Source of the DNA: the human T2T-CHM13v2.0 reference genome, Homo sapiens
Reading direction: 5' to 3' (one strand)
Length of the DNA stretch: 64,000 bases
NCBI RefSeq assembly: GCF_009914755.1
Contig: NC_060934.1
Shown: positions 30,557 to 42,991 of the stretch, in pieces
Layout: every line of letters begins with the position of its first letter
Numbering within the stretch: the stretch's first letter is position 1
Notes under the pieces: model-generated
The model's database searches: none
Seen by the model: only the letters and a program-made list of their open reading frames with translations
What the model was told of the DNA's origin: nothing
Translations under genes and position numbers: made by a program

Positions 30557-30899
30557 TACATTTTATCAGTAGCCTCTTAGCAAACCTCAACCTGCGGAGA
30601 GACCCCAGGCCTCCAGGGGTAACTGGTCACTCCACATGATGCCTAGTGGGTCGCAGCCAGTGATCAAAATGTGAGCTTGTCCTCTTGTGGGTGATGAGGA
30701 GAATGGCTCTGGAATTTCTATGTATTTAGGTTAGTGGGATATCTGTTTGGGAGATGGGATTAAGACACTCGCTGTAAGTTGAATGTGCAAAGTTCTCTAC
30801 ATTATTCTGAGAAAAGCCTTGCTTACATCAAAGAATAGAAGGAAAGTTGGCTAATGGAGACTTTGGTAGGGCCTGAAACTGCCACTCCAGTCATCCCTT

Positions 30900-31482
30900 A
30901 GCCTTCCTTGCCTACTTGGAATCTTTCCATGGTGGCCCACTGGATGAAATCCAAACACCTACTGGGCAAAACATTCATGGCCTTTCAGCATCTGACTCCT
31001 GATCACCCTTCTACCCTAATGGCAGGTACAACCTACCCCCATAACCCTTACACCATGTGTACCCCACCTTCGGCAAAATGAAATAACTGGCCTTTCCCAT
31101 GCGTGCAAGGCCTTCCTTGCCTCCATGCCTTTGCACTTGCTGTTCCCCTACTGGGAAGAGCCCCTTCTTTTAGTCTTCCTGGCAGTCTCCTCTCACACTT
31201 AGAGACCCAGCTGAAAAACTGACTTGCTGAAAGAAGCCTTTTGTGATCACAACCTCCTCCCCCATCACACACACCCATTAGATATTCTCTCTTTTATCTT
31301 TGACTATGGGGCGTTCACACGATATGATGACATTTGTAAAATGGTCAGTCCTCCCTTCTCCTCCATTCCCACCAGCACTCACCCCCGGACTATGAGCTTT
31401 TTAAGGAGTGATAAGCTCCTTGGCCTAACCCAGTGCTGGATCAGAGCAGGCCCTCTGTTTACTTAAGGAATGAATGAATAAA
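30900..31482 (+). mobile_element. L2 3' fragment
   Basis: GCCTTTGCACTTGCTGTTCCC... ending in GAATGAATGAAT. Confidence 0.7.
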
Positions 31483-32129
31483 CTCAGAAAGCCTTTGTGG
31501 ATTGTAGACTCAGAAACAGGAGACTGTCGAATCTGGGCTGGAACATCCCGGAGACTGTGAGGATTACAGACACGCAGGGAGCTCGGGCAGGGAGGGTCGG
31601 TGTTCCCTGAGCAGGCAAGTCCTCTTCCCTTCTCACTCAGCTTCCCTTGCAGTGGGGTGGGGGCTGTGCATTCTCAGCAAGAAGGTGAGTAGGAACAGCG
31701 TGACTCTTGGGAGTTGGCAAGAGTGGGTGTGGGTTCTCCACGCTTTCTCTCTCCCATCCATGAGGTGAAAGACTCTAAGACAGAAGAGTCCGGATCTCTA
31801 AATCAGTGTTGTAGGTGAGCTGACCAGGGTGGTCTCCCAGACTGTGATGTGTACAGCCCCTGAGATGGGGAGGCTTATCTGTTACTGCAGCAGGGCCTGC
31901 TCTATCTCAGCTAATAAAGGAGTTCAAAGATGACCTGATCCCAAAACCTAATTTTAGTGATGTGAAAACTGAGGCCTGAAAGGGGAAAGCACATGACTTC
32001 TGGTTCTGTGATTTTCAGTTGTCCCCCTGAAAACCAGACAGTGGCATCAGCCAAGTCTGATTCTCAATGCCAGCCTTCTTCTTCCCCCCAGCCCAGGGGC
32101 ACAGAAGGGAGTTAACCATAATCCTTCTT

Positions 32130-32965
32130 CATAATATTATGTTTTATTTAATTGTTTGCTTATAGTCCCTGTACAAACCAGCCACCATAAAAATGAGAAC
32201 CCTGACAATAACTTATATCTACATATGAGATCTATCCCTAGCCCATCTCCTAGGTTCCTCCAACCTGACATAATCACCATCTGGAATCACTCCCTTGCTT
32301 TCATATTTATTTAATTGTATCTAATCTGTATGCATTCTAAAAATAGATATTTTTAATTTGTTCTTTAACTTTCTTAAAAGAGTATCATGCTGTATAGAAT
32401 CTTTATGACTTACTTATTTCACTTAATTTTGTACTGCTATTTTTTTTTTTTTAATTAGAGACAGGATCTTGCCCAGGCTGGAGTGCAGTGGCTATTCACA
32501 AGTGCAATCGTAGTGCACTACAGTCTTGGACTCCTGGCCTCAAGCAATCCCACCTGTTTCCTGAGTAGCTGGACTATAGGTATGTACCTCCATACCTGGC
32601 CATACTACTAAATTTTAGTCACATTGAGGTATGCCGCTGTAATTCATTCATTGGTTCATTTAGATTTAGATTCCTGTATTCCATCCGTTGTGTGACTCAA
32701 CCACAGTTTATTCAACTATTCTCCTGTTGATGGTTCTTGCAACTGTGAACACTGCTGCTATGACTCTTCCTGACCTACATTTGCAACAATATCTGTTCAG
32801 TGTATGTGCTACATTGTAGAATATATGCATGTTCACCTTTCCAAGATACTACTAATGTTCTCTAGTAATGCATAAGAAATCCTATAGGTTCACACTCTCT
32901 GCAACACTTGATCTCCCACTTTTTTATTTTATGAAATGTGTGTGCAGTTGGTTCTTTTGCCATTT
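32130..32965 (-). mobile_element. Old L1 (L1ME-like) 3' fragment with an Alu monomer (32439-32601, -)
   Basis: T-rich L1 3' UTR motifs. The Alu arm is flanked by TACTGCTA / TACTACTA. Confidence 0.7.
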
Positions 32966-33650
32966 TAACAGGTTCCCTGACCTCCCTGGACCTCAGTTTC
33001 CAAATCTGCTGATGGAGGATGATGTTTTCAGTGCCTACACAGCTCCCAAAGTGAAGATGATATGGAAACTGGGTGGTGTCGAGGACGGTCACACAGAGCC
33101 AAGGAGCAGAAATGCTTGCCCTGCTTCTGCCATGGTCTTCACAGTGAGAGACAGGCAGCTATGCCCCTGAATTCTCCAGGACCTGCCAAGTTGGGCCATT
33201 TCAGAGAGGAGAAACTGAGACTCGGAGCTATGTAATCAGCATACTGGAGCATAGAAAGCAGAGACAGGCAGAAGGCAAGAACTCAGAGATGGGAAAGGAA
33301 TCCTGACCCACCCAGATTGGCAAAGCCATTGCAGACCCATGGTTCTGGGGTTTTCCTGTTGGCTCGCAAAGTGATATCAAGTCAGAGGTATTGTTTTCCC
33401 TTGTCTCTGCCATTGATAAGACAGAGAAAAACAGCTCCCATGATAACATTGATGCTGCCAGCCCTTCCTGCTACTGGCTTTCCTGGTTGGAGTCCTCTCC
33501 TATGCTCCTTCCTCTCTCTCCTTCCGGACTGAGATTCAAGCCGAGATGCCTTGTGGGGCAAAGGAGCCGGCGGTGAGGTTCCCTCCTTCAGTTGCTTCAG
33601 CAGGCACATAGCTCCTTCTGATCTTGGACAAAGCCCAAAAGGCTCTGAGG

Positions 33651-34049
33651 CAGTGGTGTGCTGGGGCAGGCTCATACTGACTCATTAGAGCCAATTGCTA
33701 AATTTCGGGGAATCTTGTAAGCCAATTGTTAAACACAGTCATTATTAAAAATTAGATGATATGAGATTGCAACTAAATAATTTATACTTTTTTAAAAGTA
33801 ATAAACACTCCTAACTCATCATGTCCTATTTACTTTATTGCATTTTACTGTTAACTATCCTCTGGAGGTAATTTACATATTGTATTTACATGGTGGAAAT
33901 ACCATATACTTGTGTACTATTGTTCATCTTTTCTCAATTTGCACTTGAAACTGGTAGTTTTTATGCCATAGAAATCAGCGAACACTGCAAATCAAGGATG
34001 TTTTATTTTTTAGAGAGCTGGTGGTTAAAGATTTACCAAGACACCACTG
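33651..34049. mobile_element. MER63 (hAT-Blackjack) MITE
   Basis: TIRs CAGTGGTGTGCTGG ... CCAAGACACCACTG with an AT-rich interior. Confidence 0.8.
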
Positions 34050-34569
34050 CTGCAGGTACTTTCCCTGAGATACCACTCTGAGGACCCTGTGGTCCCAAGG
34101 CCACACAGTGATCCGCAGATAGGGAGTACCAGGATGACTGCCCACATCTTCAGTGGCCTCCACCACAATGCGCACTTGTCCTCTGAGGCACTTTGCTGCC
34201 ATAAGTCTGTGTCACAGACAGGCTAGATATGCCGAACACTGTTTCCATTTCTTTCTCTATTTTAAAATATATTATTTTACAATGGCTGTATATGATCACT
34301 GTCAAACATTTAAGCTATCTAATCCCATCAGTGAGTGAGAACCTGTGTTAATTTTGTAATATACATAATTCTTGTCTTTTATCTATGCATAGACATGTTT
34401 TTAACTTTTACTGTAAAAATGGATCAGAAGCTGCTTTTTCTGATTTGAATCCTACTTTTGTGTTTCAACTCTGCAATATAATGTGAACATCTTTCCAAGT
34501 CAAAATTCATAAAAAAAGATTCATTCTACTCCAAGAGATTGAGTACCTCTTTCCCTGACAGACCGATAA

Positions 34570-34780
34570 CATTTCGTCATCAGGCAGACTTGGTTCACAT
34601 CTCAGCTCATGTATTTGCTATGCAACTGAAGACAAGGAAAGTAACCTTTCTGTGCTTCTTCTGTAAAACATAGACAACGATAGCACCTATTTCATAGCAT
34701 TATCCTGAGAATTAAATGAATATGTGTAATGCTTTTAACACTGCCTGGTACAGAGTAAGCCCTGAGTAGATGTTAACTAA
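34570..34780 (+). mobile_element. MIR SINE
   Basis: GCACCTATTTCATAG...ATTAAATGA...TGCCTGGTACAGAGTAAG. Confidence 0.72.
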
Positions 34781-35469
34781 GTTTTCTATTTTCCTTAACA
34801 TTTCACTATGGGTTTTTTCTCTACCTGCTATGTACTTATCTCCAGCTGACTCTAAGACTAGAGCAGGAAAAATTAAAATGGGTGAGATTGCATTGAAATG
34901 GACACAGCCCAAACAGAACTCTCAATTACCTGCAAATCAGCTCCTTTCCCCAGGCAAATCCATGTCAGTAATCAACACCGCTGTTCCCCCAGCGACCCAA
35001 ACCAAAAACAAAGTCATCACTAATTCCTCCTTCTTGTTCATCTAATTCATTAATAAGTCCTGCACATTCTGCTTCTAAAACACAGAGTGCCCACCGGCCT
35101 TTGCCCCCACCACCAACATCCTGCTCCAATCTGCTATCTGCTTGTGCCTGAGTTTGTGCAATATCCTCCTCATTGAGCTTCCTGCCTCTTCTCTTGCCTA
35201 CCCCCACGACCCCCACAATGTATTTTATACCCAACAGCGAGAATAGTATCTTTAAAGCAGTGCAGTCTGTAGGTTTGACTGATTAGTGGGTTGTGAAATC
35301 AACTTAATGGGTCATGATCAGATTTTTATTTGAATTAAATGGAAGAATTGAGTCTATCAGAATACATCACACAAGTATTGTTTGTGATACTTTTGTGTCA
35401 TTTAAAAAAAGACATTCACTTGTATACATATTTAGTATGCCTGATCATGACATACGATGTATTTCTTAA

Positions 35470-36103
35470 GCCAGAGGCCCCAGCCCCTAGGCCACAGACC
35501 AGTACCGATCCATAGCTTGTTAGCAACTGGGCTGCACAGCAAGAAGTGAATGGCAGGAGAGCAAGCAAAGCTTCATCTGTATTTACAGCGGCTCCCCATC
35601 ACTCTCATTACTGCTGAGCTCTGCCTCCTGTCATATCAGTGGCAGCATTAGATTCTCATAGTAGCACAAACTGTCTTGTGAACTGCACATGCAAGGGATC
35701 TAGGTTGCAGTATTCTTACGAGAATCTAATGCCTGATGATCTGTCACTGTCTCCTATCACCCCCATGTTAGGAATATATGAATTAAAAAATAAGAGATTG
35801 ATCAGATTATTTGAAGAAAAACCTCATCATATCCCACACCCAGATGGGACCGTCTAATAGCAAAAAAAAAAAAACAACAACAAAAAACAAGCTCAGGACT
35901 CCCGCTGATTCTACATTATGGTGAGTTCTATAATTATTTCATTATATTTTACAATGTAATAGTAACAGAAATAAAGTATACAATAAATGTAATAATGTGC
36001 TTGAATCATCCCAAAACCATCCCAAAACCCATCACCCGTGCTGTCCCTGGAAAAACTGTCTTCCATGAAATCGGTCCTTGGTGCCAAAAAGGTTGGGGGC
36101 TGC
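35470..36103. mobile_element. MER1A (hAT-Charlie) DNA transposon carrying a 73-bp insert
   Basis: GGCAGCATTAGATTCTCATAG, GAGAATCTAATGCCTGATGATCTGTCACTGTC and terminal GGTGCCAAAAAGGTTGGGGGCTGC motifs. Confidence 0.88.
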
Positions 36104-36149
36104 TTTTGTTTTGTTATTTTATTTTATTTTGTTGTATTTTATTTTTGCT

Positions 36150-36457
36150 GTTTTTTTTTTTTATTTTTTTTTTCCTAGATGGAGTCTTGTTCTGTAGCCC
36201 AGGCTGAAGTGCAGTGGTGTGATCTCAGCTCACTGCAACCTCCATCTCCCGAGTTCAAGCGATTCTCCTGCCTCAGCCTCCTGAGTAGCTGGGACTACAG
36301 GTGCATGCCACCACACCTGGCTAATTTCTGTGTTTTTAGTAGAGACGGGATTTTACCATATTGGCCAGGCTGGTCTTGAACTCCTGACCTCAAGTGATCT
36401 GCCCGCCTCGGCCCCCCAAAGTGCTGGAATTACAGGCGTGAGCCACTGAGCCTGATC
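36150..36457 (-). mobile_element. AluS element
   Basis: Full reverse Alu. TATTTTTGCTGTTTTTT on both flanks. Confidence 0.92.
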
Positions 36458-36969
36458 TATTTTTGCTGTTTTTTATTTCATTTAATTATCCTATAGCAAT
36501 GATCTACCAAGCTTCTGCGTTCTGGTGAAGGCTAATGATTTACTAGCTGACCTAAGCTTTGGTCATTTCTCTTCTCCCTGCCTCTCCCTCCTTCCACAGT
36601 GATGACTCCCCTCTCCTTGCACCCTGCCTACCACTTTGTTAGTGAGAAGGCCAATCTTGCTGATCCCGTGCCAGGGCGCAGTCTTGTCATCATGCTCCAT
36701 GGGGCCTGCTGGGTGGGCTCCAGGGTTTGCACCTTCACCCACCATGCATGAACAGGCGTCCTTCCCTAAGGCCCCTTCCTTGGTGGGCTTTGACTCTAGA
36801 AGCTCAGCAAATCTCTCCTGGAACCTTTGAGTATAGGAGTCTATGCTGTGCCTACTTCCCAGAGCTGGATGAGGATCTAATTCAAATAGAGGATGTGGAC
36901 TTTCATTATTGGCTCTGAGGCTCTATCTGTTCACCTGCAAGTGACATGGCCATGAGCAGAAAGCCATTC

Positions 36970-37270
36970 TAGGGGGAATGGAGATGGTTAATTGGTACAA
37001 AAATATAGTTAGAATGAATAAAATCTAGAATTTGACAGAACAACAGAGTGATGACAGTCAACAATCATTTATTGCACTTTTAAAAATAACTAAAAGAACA
37101 TAATTGGAAGGTTTGTAACACGAAGAAATGATAAACGCTTGAGGGGATAGATATCCTTTTCACCCTGATGTGATAATTATGCATTATATGCCTGTATCAA
37201 AATATCTCATGTACCTGACAAATGTAAACACCAATTACGAACTCATAAAAATAAAACATTAAAAAAAAAT
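36970..37270 (+). mobile_element. 5'-truncated L1MA 3' end
   Basis: L1MA 3' UTR with A-tail. TSD AAAGCCATTC at 36960-36969 and 37271-37280. Confidence 0.88.
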
Positions 37271-37409
37271 AAAGCCATTCAAGTCTTCTCTCAGCTACAC
37301 CTGAGCATAGCTGAGAGCACCTGAGCCTGTCCCTGCCCTCCCAGCCTCCGAGGCTACTAACAAGGCTCTCTGATTTATTCAGCCATTCTGGCCTGCCCCC
37401 TTTCTTTTT

Positions 37410-37617
37410 GGATTGCCAGATTTAGCAAAACAACAACAACAAATCAAAAACAAGGATGCCCAGCTAAATTTGAATTTCAGATAAACAACGGATAACTTTT
37501 TTTGGTAGAAATGTGTCCCATGCAATATTTGGGAGATTCTTATACAAAAAAATGTTATTTGTTGTTTATCTGAAATTACATTTTAACTGGGTGTCCTGTA
37601 TTTTGTCTGGCAGCTCT
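37410..37617. mobile_element. MER53 palindromic MITE
   Basis: GGATTGCCAGA...TTTCAGATAAACAAC...TCCCA-TGCAATATT-TGGGA...GTTGTTTATCTGAAA...TCTGGCAGCTCT, a long imperfect inverted repeat. Confidence 0.88.
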
Positions 37618-38057
37618 GCTTCTGGAGTTTCCTCAGTTTGCCTTGGGTCATCACCTAAACTATCCTCCGCCTTGGTTTCAGTTTCTGAAAATGGGAAGCA
37701 CAGTAGATAACGCTCAAGAAAGTTAGGAGGCTAGGAAAAATAAAAGTGCTTGGGAAAGTAGGAAAAAGTGTGACACATGCATGAGGTTGAGCAACTCTCA
37801 TTCTGCAGATTAACAACCTCCAGGAGATGTGGAGATGGGACCTCTGTCCTCCACCTGCCCCAGCAAAGCTTCCCACCAAAGCTCCCCCACCCTCTTGTAG
37901 AATCCCTGCTTGGCCAGCCTCTTGCCATTGGCCACGCCACTTCCCACACTCTGCACTCAACTGCCTGCAAGCCCCGTCAGTCCCTTATAGTTTTACACGA
38001 GGGCACTGTCATTTTCTCCACCTTGAGGCTTGCAATCAGCCCGAATGGCTAAGCATT

Positions 38058-38184
38058 AGGATTACCATATGTCTTGGTTTGCTCAGGACAGTCCAGACTC
38101 ATGCCTGTTATTCTGGGGTGAATGATCAATTAATAATGCTTCCTTTCACTTTCAAAAGTGGACAATAAATTATATGATGACTTA
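38058..38184. mobile_element. MER94/MER81-type hAT-Blackjack MITE
   Basis: AGGATTACCATATGTC...GGACAGTCC...CTTTCAAAAGTGGACAATAAATTATATG. Confidence 0.7.
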
Positions 38185-38189
38185 TCACC

Positions 38190-39240
38190 ATTTTGCCCTC
38201 TTCGTTCCTTAACTACCTCATCTCTAGGGACTGTTACTTCCACTGTACTCCAGTCCTCAAAGTACTCCTGGCCACACGCAGAACCGCCCCACCTCTGACA
38301 CTGAAAAATGCAAACATATCTCTTTGATCATAACTCCAGTCCTTCCAACTCCTCTTACTTCTATTTAAAAATAATTATTTTTCTTATTTACCCTACATGT
38401 CTTGGTACATTTTGTCAATTTCTTTTGTCAGCATCCCATTAGTCCCATTGGCCTGGGCTAGAGGAGCCACCCCACTTGCCTGGAAAATGTCCAGTGTAGA
38501 TTCATCCGTTCTCTGCCTTCTCCATACTGGCCTTGGCTGTCAAGGGCTGCTGGAGAACCTTGCACAATCACACAGGCTGGGGGCATTAAATTATCAGTCT
38601 CCAGCTTCCACTGGCTCTCAGCAGAGTTCAGCAAGCCTCCAGCTCTCTCTTCATGCTTCTCAAAGGCTATTTCAAACCTTTTTCCCTTTTTTGTTTTTTT
38701 TCCAGTTTTCTATCCCACTATCTTTTCATCCATCTGGGCAGGTGACTTTGTCTTTCATATCAGAGACTAAACAGAAGCCATTGAATGGATGGTTTCTCAA
38801 CATTCTGCCACAAACCTTTCCACTTACCTGTATCAGGATCCATTTTGGGGGACCTCCTCTGTGTTTGGGAATGCTTTCTTCCCTGTCATTCATCCCATAT
38901 CTTCAACCCTCCCCTCTTTCCTGTCCCCTCATAAGCAATGGAGCATCCCTGGATCTCTACCAGCTAAGGAAAATCCTTCCACTTCTCTAGCTACTCTTTC
39001 TGTCACTTCACAACCAAACTTGTATGAGTTTTCTACACTTGCTGTTTTCCCATCTCAGCCACTCACTCATCCCCAAATCTTCTGGACCTCACTCCTACTC
39101 CTACCACTCCACTGAGAATGCTTTGAGGAAAGTCAAGATTGCCCCCTCTGATGTTAAATTTCCCAGTTCACTGGCCACACCAGCTCTGACCTGAGCAGTA
39201 TTTGACACTGCTGTTCACTCAGCCTGGAACTGCCTTGGCC
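38190..39240 (+). mobile_element. Degenerate L2 (ORF2 region)
   Basis: C/T-rich L2-like sequence (CCACTCCACTGAGAATGCT...GACCTGAGCAGTATTTGACACTG). Confidence 0.65.
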
Positions 39241-39242
39241 TC

Positions 39243-39657
39243 TGATACAGTTTGAATGTTTGTCCCCTCCAAATTGCATGTTGAAATATAATCCCCAATG
39301 TTGGAGGCAGGGCCTGGGGCAAGGTGTTTGGATCATGGGAGTGAATCCCTTATAAATGGCTGTGTCCCATCCTTGTGGTAATGAGTGAGTTCTCATTATG
39401 TGAGATCTCATGTTTTAAAAGAGCCTAGCACCTTCCCCCATCTCTTGCTCCCTCTTGTTCTCTCTCTTGCCGTGTGACACACTGGCTCCCATTTGCCTTC
39501 TGCCACAATTATGAGCTTCCTGAGTCTCCACCAGAAGCAGATGCTGGCCCTATGCTTCACGTACAGCCTGCAGAACTGTGAGTCAAATAAACCTCTTTTC
39601 TTTACAAATTACCCAGTCCCTAGTGTTACTTTATAGCAATGCAAACAGACTAACACA
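39243..39657 (+). mobile_element. MST (MaLR) solo LTR, MSTB-like
   Basis: TGATACAGTTTG...AATAAACCTCTTTTCTTTACAAATTACCCAG...CAGACTAACACA, with TG...CA ends. Confidence 0.88.
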
Positions 39658-39803
39658 GTTCCTCCTCTCTGACCACTGCCTGGCAATATCCTTTGCAGGC
39701 CTTGTTCTTCCAAGCCTTAAATGTTGGTTCTTCAGGATACTGAAATCTCTCAGAGGTACCTTATCCAGTTTCATTGTTCCAATGACCTTTGCGTTGGTGA
39801 ATC

Positions 39804-40187
39804 CTGTATTGGTGTTCTGTAGCTGCTATAACAAATGGAAACCAAGGTGTCGGCAGGGCTGCCCAGCAGAAGCTCCACAGGAGAATCCATTCCTTGTCCC
39901 TTCTAGCTTCTTGGTGGCTGTTGACATTCCTTGACATGCAAGCTTGTGACCTCATCAGTCTGCCTCTGTGGCCACGTCACCTCTTCCTCTGTATGTCTGT
40001 TCTCTTTTGCGTATCTTTTAAAAGGACATTTGTCATTGGGTTTAGGGCCCACCCAGATAATCCAGGATGATCTCACCTTAAGAGCCTTAACTTAATTATA
40101 TGTGCAAAGAAGCTTTCCAGGGATTTGAGGACAGACAGAGAGGTTCCAGGAATTTGATGTGGATATCTTTTGAAGGGGCCTACTACA
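39804..40187 (-). mobile_element. MLT1 (MaLR) LTR
   Basis: TGTATTGG...GCTGCTATAACAAAT...GGGCCCACCCAGATAATCCAGGATGATCTC...CCTACTACA. Confidence 0.8.
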
Positions 40188-40355
40188 ACTCCCCTATCAA
40201 TTATAAATAGGTCCATTTGCATATCGGAGAAAACCTCAAACTCATTATATCTTAAACAATACAGAAGTTTTTTTCTAATATAAAAACAACCTGGAAATAG
40301 GCCTCTAGTGCCAGTGTGAAAGTTCCATGTGTCATCAGGGGCCCTATTTCTAAGC

Positions 40356-40731
40356 TTCTCTTCTTTCTCTTCTTTCTTTCTCTTATTTCTCTTTCTCTCT
40401 CTTTCTTTCTTCCTCTCTCTTTCTTTCTCTCTCTCTCTCTTTCTCACTCTGTCACCCAGGCTGGATTGCAGTAGCATAATCACGGCTCACAAGCCTGGAC
40501 TTCCTGGGCTCAGGTGATTCTCCCACCTCAGCCTCCTGAGTAGCTGGGACAACAGGCATTTGTCTGACCAACATGTCTGACAGCTATGTCTGACTAATTT
40601 TTAGTACTATTGATAGAGATGGGTTTTGCCATGTTGCTCAGGCTGGTCTGAAACTCCTGGCTCAAGAAATCCACCTGCCTCAGCCATGTAAAGCGCTGGG
40701 GGATTACAGGTGTGAGCCACCATGCCCGGCC
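40356..40731 (-). mobile_element. AluJ with (CTTT/CT)n tail, inside an older MLT1-like fragment (~40200-40970)
   Basis: Reverse Alu body 40443-40731 and pyrimidine tail 40356-40442. Confidence 0.85.
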
Positions 40732-41029
40732 CTAAGTTCCAAGCTTTCTGCTCCATATCGTATGCACTAGTTTGTCCTTAATGTCACTTCATGGTCCAAG
40801 ATGGCGTTGGAGCTCCAGCCATTATGTCTAGGATAGCTTGGAGGCCAGAACATAGTCACATGGCCATACCTAATTGCAAGGGAATATGGGAGATGTAGAC
40901 TTTTGTTCCAGGTCAAATATATCCATCTAACAACCAGGGTTCTTATTCTAATAGGAAAGGAAGAATGATGTTGAGACCGATAATGCACATTTCTATAATT
41001 AACAGCTTCTGAGTTCAAAATATATGCTG

Positions 41030-42350
41030 TTAAGTGTGATCTGTGGGAGAGTAGAAGGTGACAAGATTTAGAGAGGAAATGGGGGCACATGTAGAGCCTT
41101 TTGGGTCACTGTAAAGATCATGGCTTTTATTGAGAGGGAGAGGGAGAGGGGGAGGCATTGGAGGATTCAGAGTAGAGTGACAGGATCTGACTTACACTAG
41201 AAGCAAGTGAGTGTGAAAGTATGGATACTTTTGGAAGCTACTGTGGTAGTCCAGGCAAGAGATGATGGTGCCTGAAAACAGCTAGGTAGCTGGTGAGGTG
41301 GTGAGAAATGGTTGGATTCGGGATATGTTCTAGAAGTAGAGCTGACAGGATTTCCTGACAGATTTCTCATAGCGCATGAGAGATAACACCAATGTTTTTT
41401 AAAGCTAAGCATCTGGAAGAATAGACTTGTCATTAACTGAAGTGGGGAAGATGGACTGCCAGAGAGCAAGTCTGTAGGGAAGATTAGGCGTTCAGTCTTG
41501 GATACGGCTCCTTTGAGATACTGTTAGACATCCTAACTGAGATATCAAGTAGGCAATTAGATACAAAAATTCAAGAGAGAGTTCTGGGCTAGAGCTAGGA
41601 GTCATTAACAGATAGATGGTCTTTAAATCCCTGGGACAGGATGAGATTACTCGTGGAGTGAGCATAGGTAGAAAATACACGTTAAGAACTGAGTAGTAGT
41701 GAACGCCAGTATTTAGGACTTAGAGAGATAAGGGTGAACCAGCAAAAGAGCCTGAGAAGAAACAGATTGAGGACTTTGAGAGAGACCAGGCAAAGGAAGT
41801 GTCCTGGAGACTAAGAGATGAAGGTATCTCAGGAGGAGGGAGCCATCCACTGTGACAAATGCTGTTGAAGGGTTAGGAAAGATGAGGACCAGGAATAGAC
41901 TCTTGGATTCAGCATCATGGATATCACAAGGGACCTTGAAGAAAGCAGTTTGGGAGGAGTGAGGGAGGCAAAACTGTGACTGGAGTTGGCACAAGAGATA
42001 CAAGGAGCTCTGATGGGGGCCTGTGCTGTGGATGAGCCACAGGAGCAGAGAGGGGAGGGCAGAATCAGGAGATGTTTAAGAGGGTCTGATGATTGAATGG
42101 ATATGGGGAATTCAGGAGAGCAAAGCTCTAGGATGACATCCAGTTTTCTGGCTTGGGTCATTGGCTGGATGATGGGGCTGTACTGAGACTGCAAATGTGG
42201 GAAGACACGCAAGTTTTCATGGGGAAATGAGGAGTTCAGTATGGGTGTGCTGAGTTTGAGATGTCTTGAGACTTCTGGTTCATGTGTATGGGACCATTTG
42301 GGTAGTCAAATCTTCAGGAGAAAGATCTGGGCTGACAGATGCCAATTTAG
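41030..42350 (-). mobile_element. L2 fragments
   Basis: GTAGTCCAGGCAAGAGATGATGGTG and GAAGTAGAGCTGACAGGATTTCCTGA motifs. Confidence 0.8.
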
Positions 42351-42489
42351 GAGATTAAAGAAGAGATTCAGAAAGACATCAGGTAAAGGAAGATCAGGAC
42401 TGAAAATTGGTTCTGTGGTTAAGGATGACAACATTTTCCATTTATCAGCCCATTTTGTCAGTTCTGTATTACATTAGACCCTTATACAC

Positions 42490-42991
42490 TGTGATGGTTA
42501 ATTTTAGGCATCAACTTGGCTGGGTTAAGGGATGCCCAGATAGCTGGTAAAACATTATTTCTGCATGTCCTCGGGGGTGTTTCTGGAAGAGATTAGCATT
42601 GGAATCAGTAGACTGAGTTAGGAAGATCGTCCACACCCATGTGAACATCATCTAATCCACTGAGAGCCCAATAGAACAAAAAGGTGGAGTAAAGGGGAAT
42701 TCACTCTCTCTTCTGCAGCTGGGACATCTATCTTCCTCTTCCCTCAGACATTGGAGCTCCAGGTTCTGGGGCCTTCAGGCTCAGGACTTAAACCAGTACC
42801 TCCTGCAGATTCGCAGGCCTCCAGCCTCAGACTGAGAGTTATACTGTCAGCTTCCCTGGTTCTCCAGCTTGCAGTGGCACAGCGTGGGGCTTCTTGGCTT
42901 TCATAATCACGTGAGCCAATTCTCATCACAAATCCCCTCTTACATATCCACATCAGTATATTCTATTGGCTCCATTTCTCTGACTAATGCA
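42490..42991 (+). mobile_element. MLT2B (ERVL) solo LTR
   Basis: TGTGATGGTTAATTTTAGG...GGAAGAGATTAGCATT...TGACTAATGCA. Confidence 0.88.

Noticed and set aside
38397-38990. 197-aa plus-strand ORF
   Set aside because: Lies in decayed L2 sequence and has no intact RT motifs.
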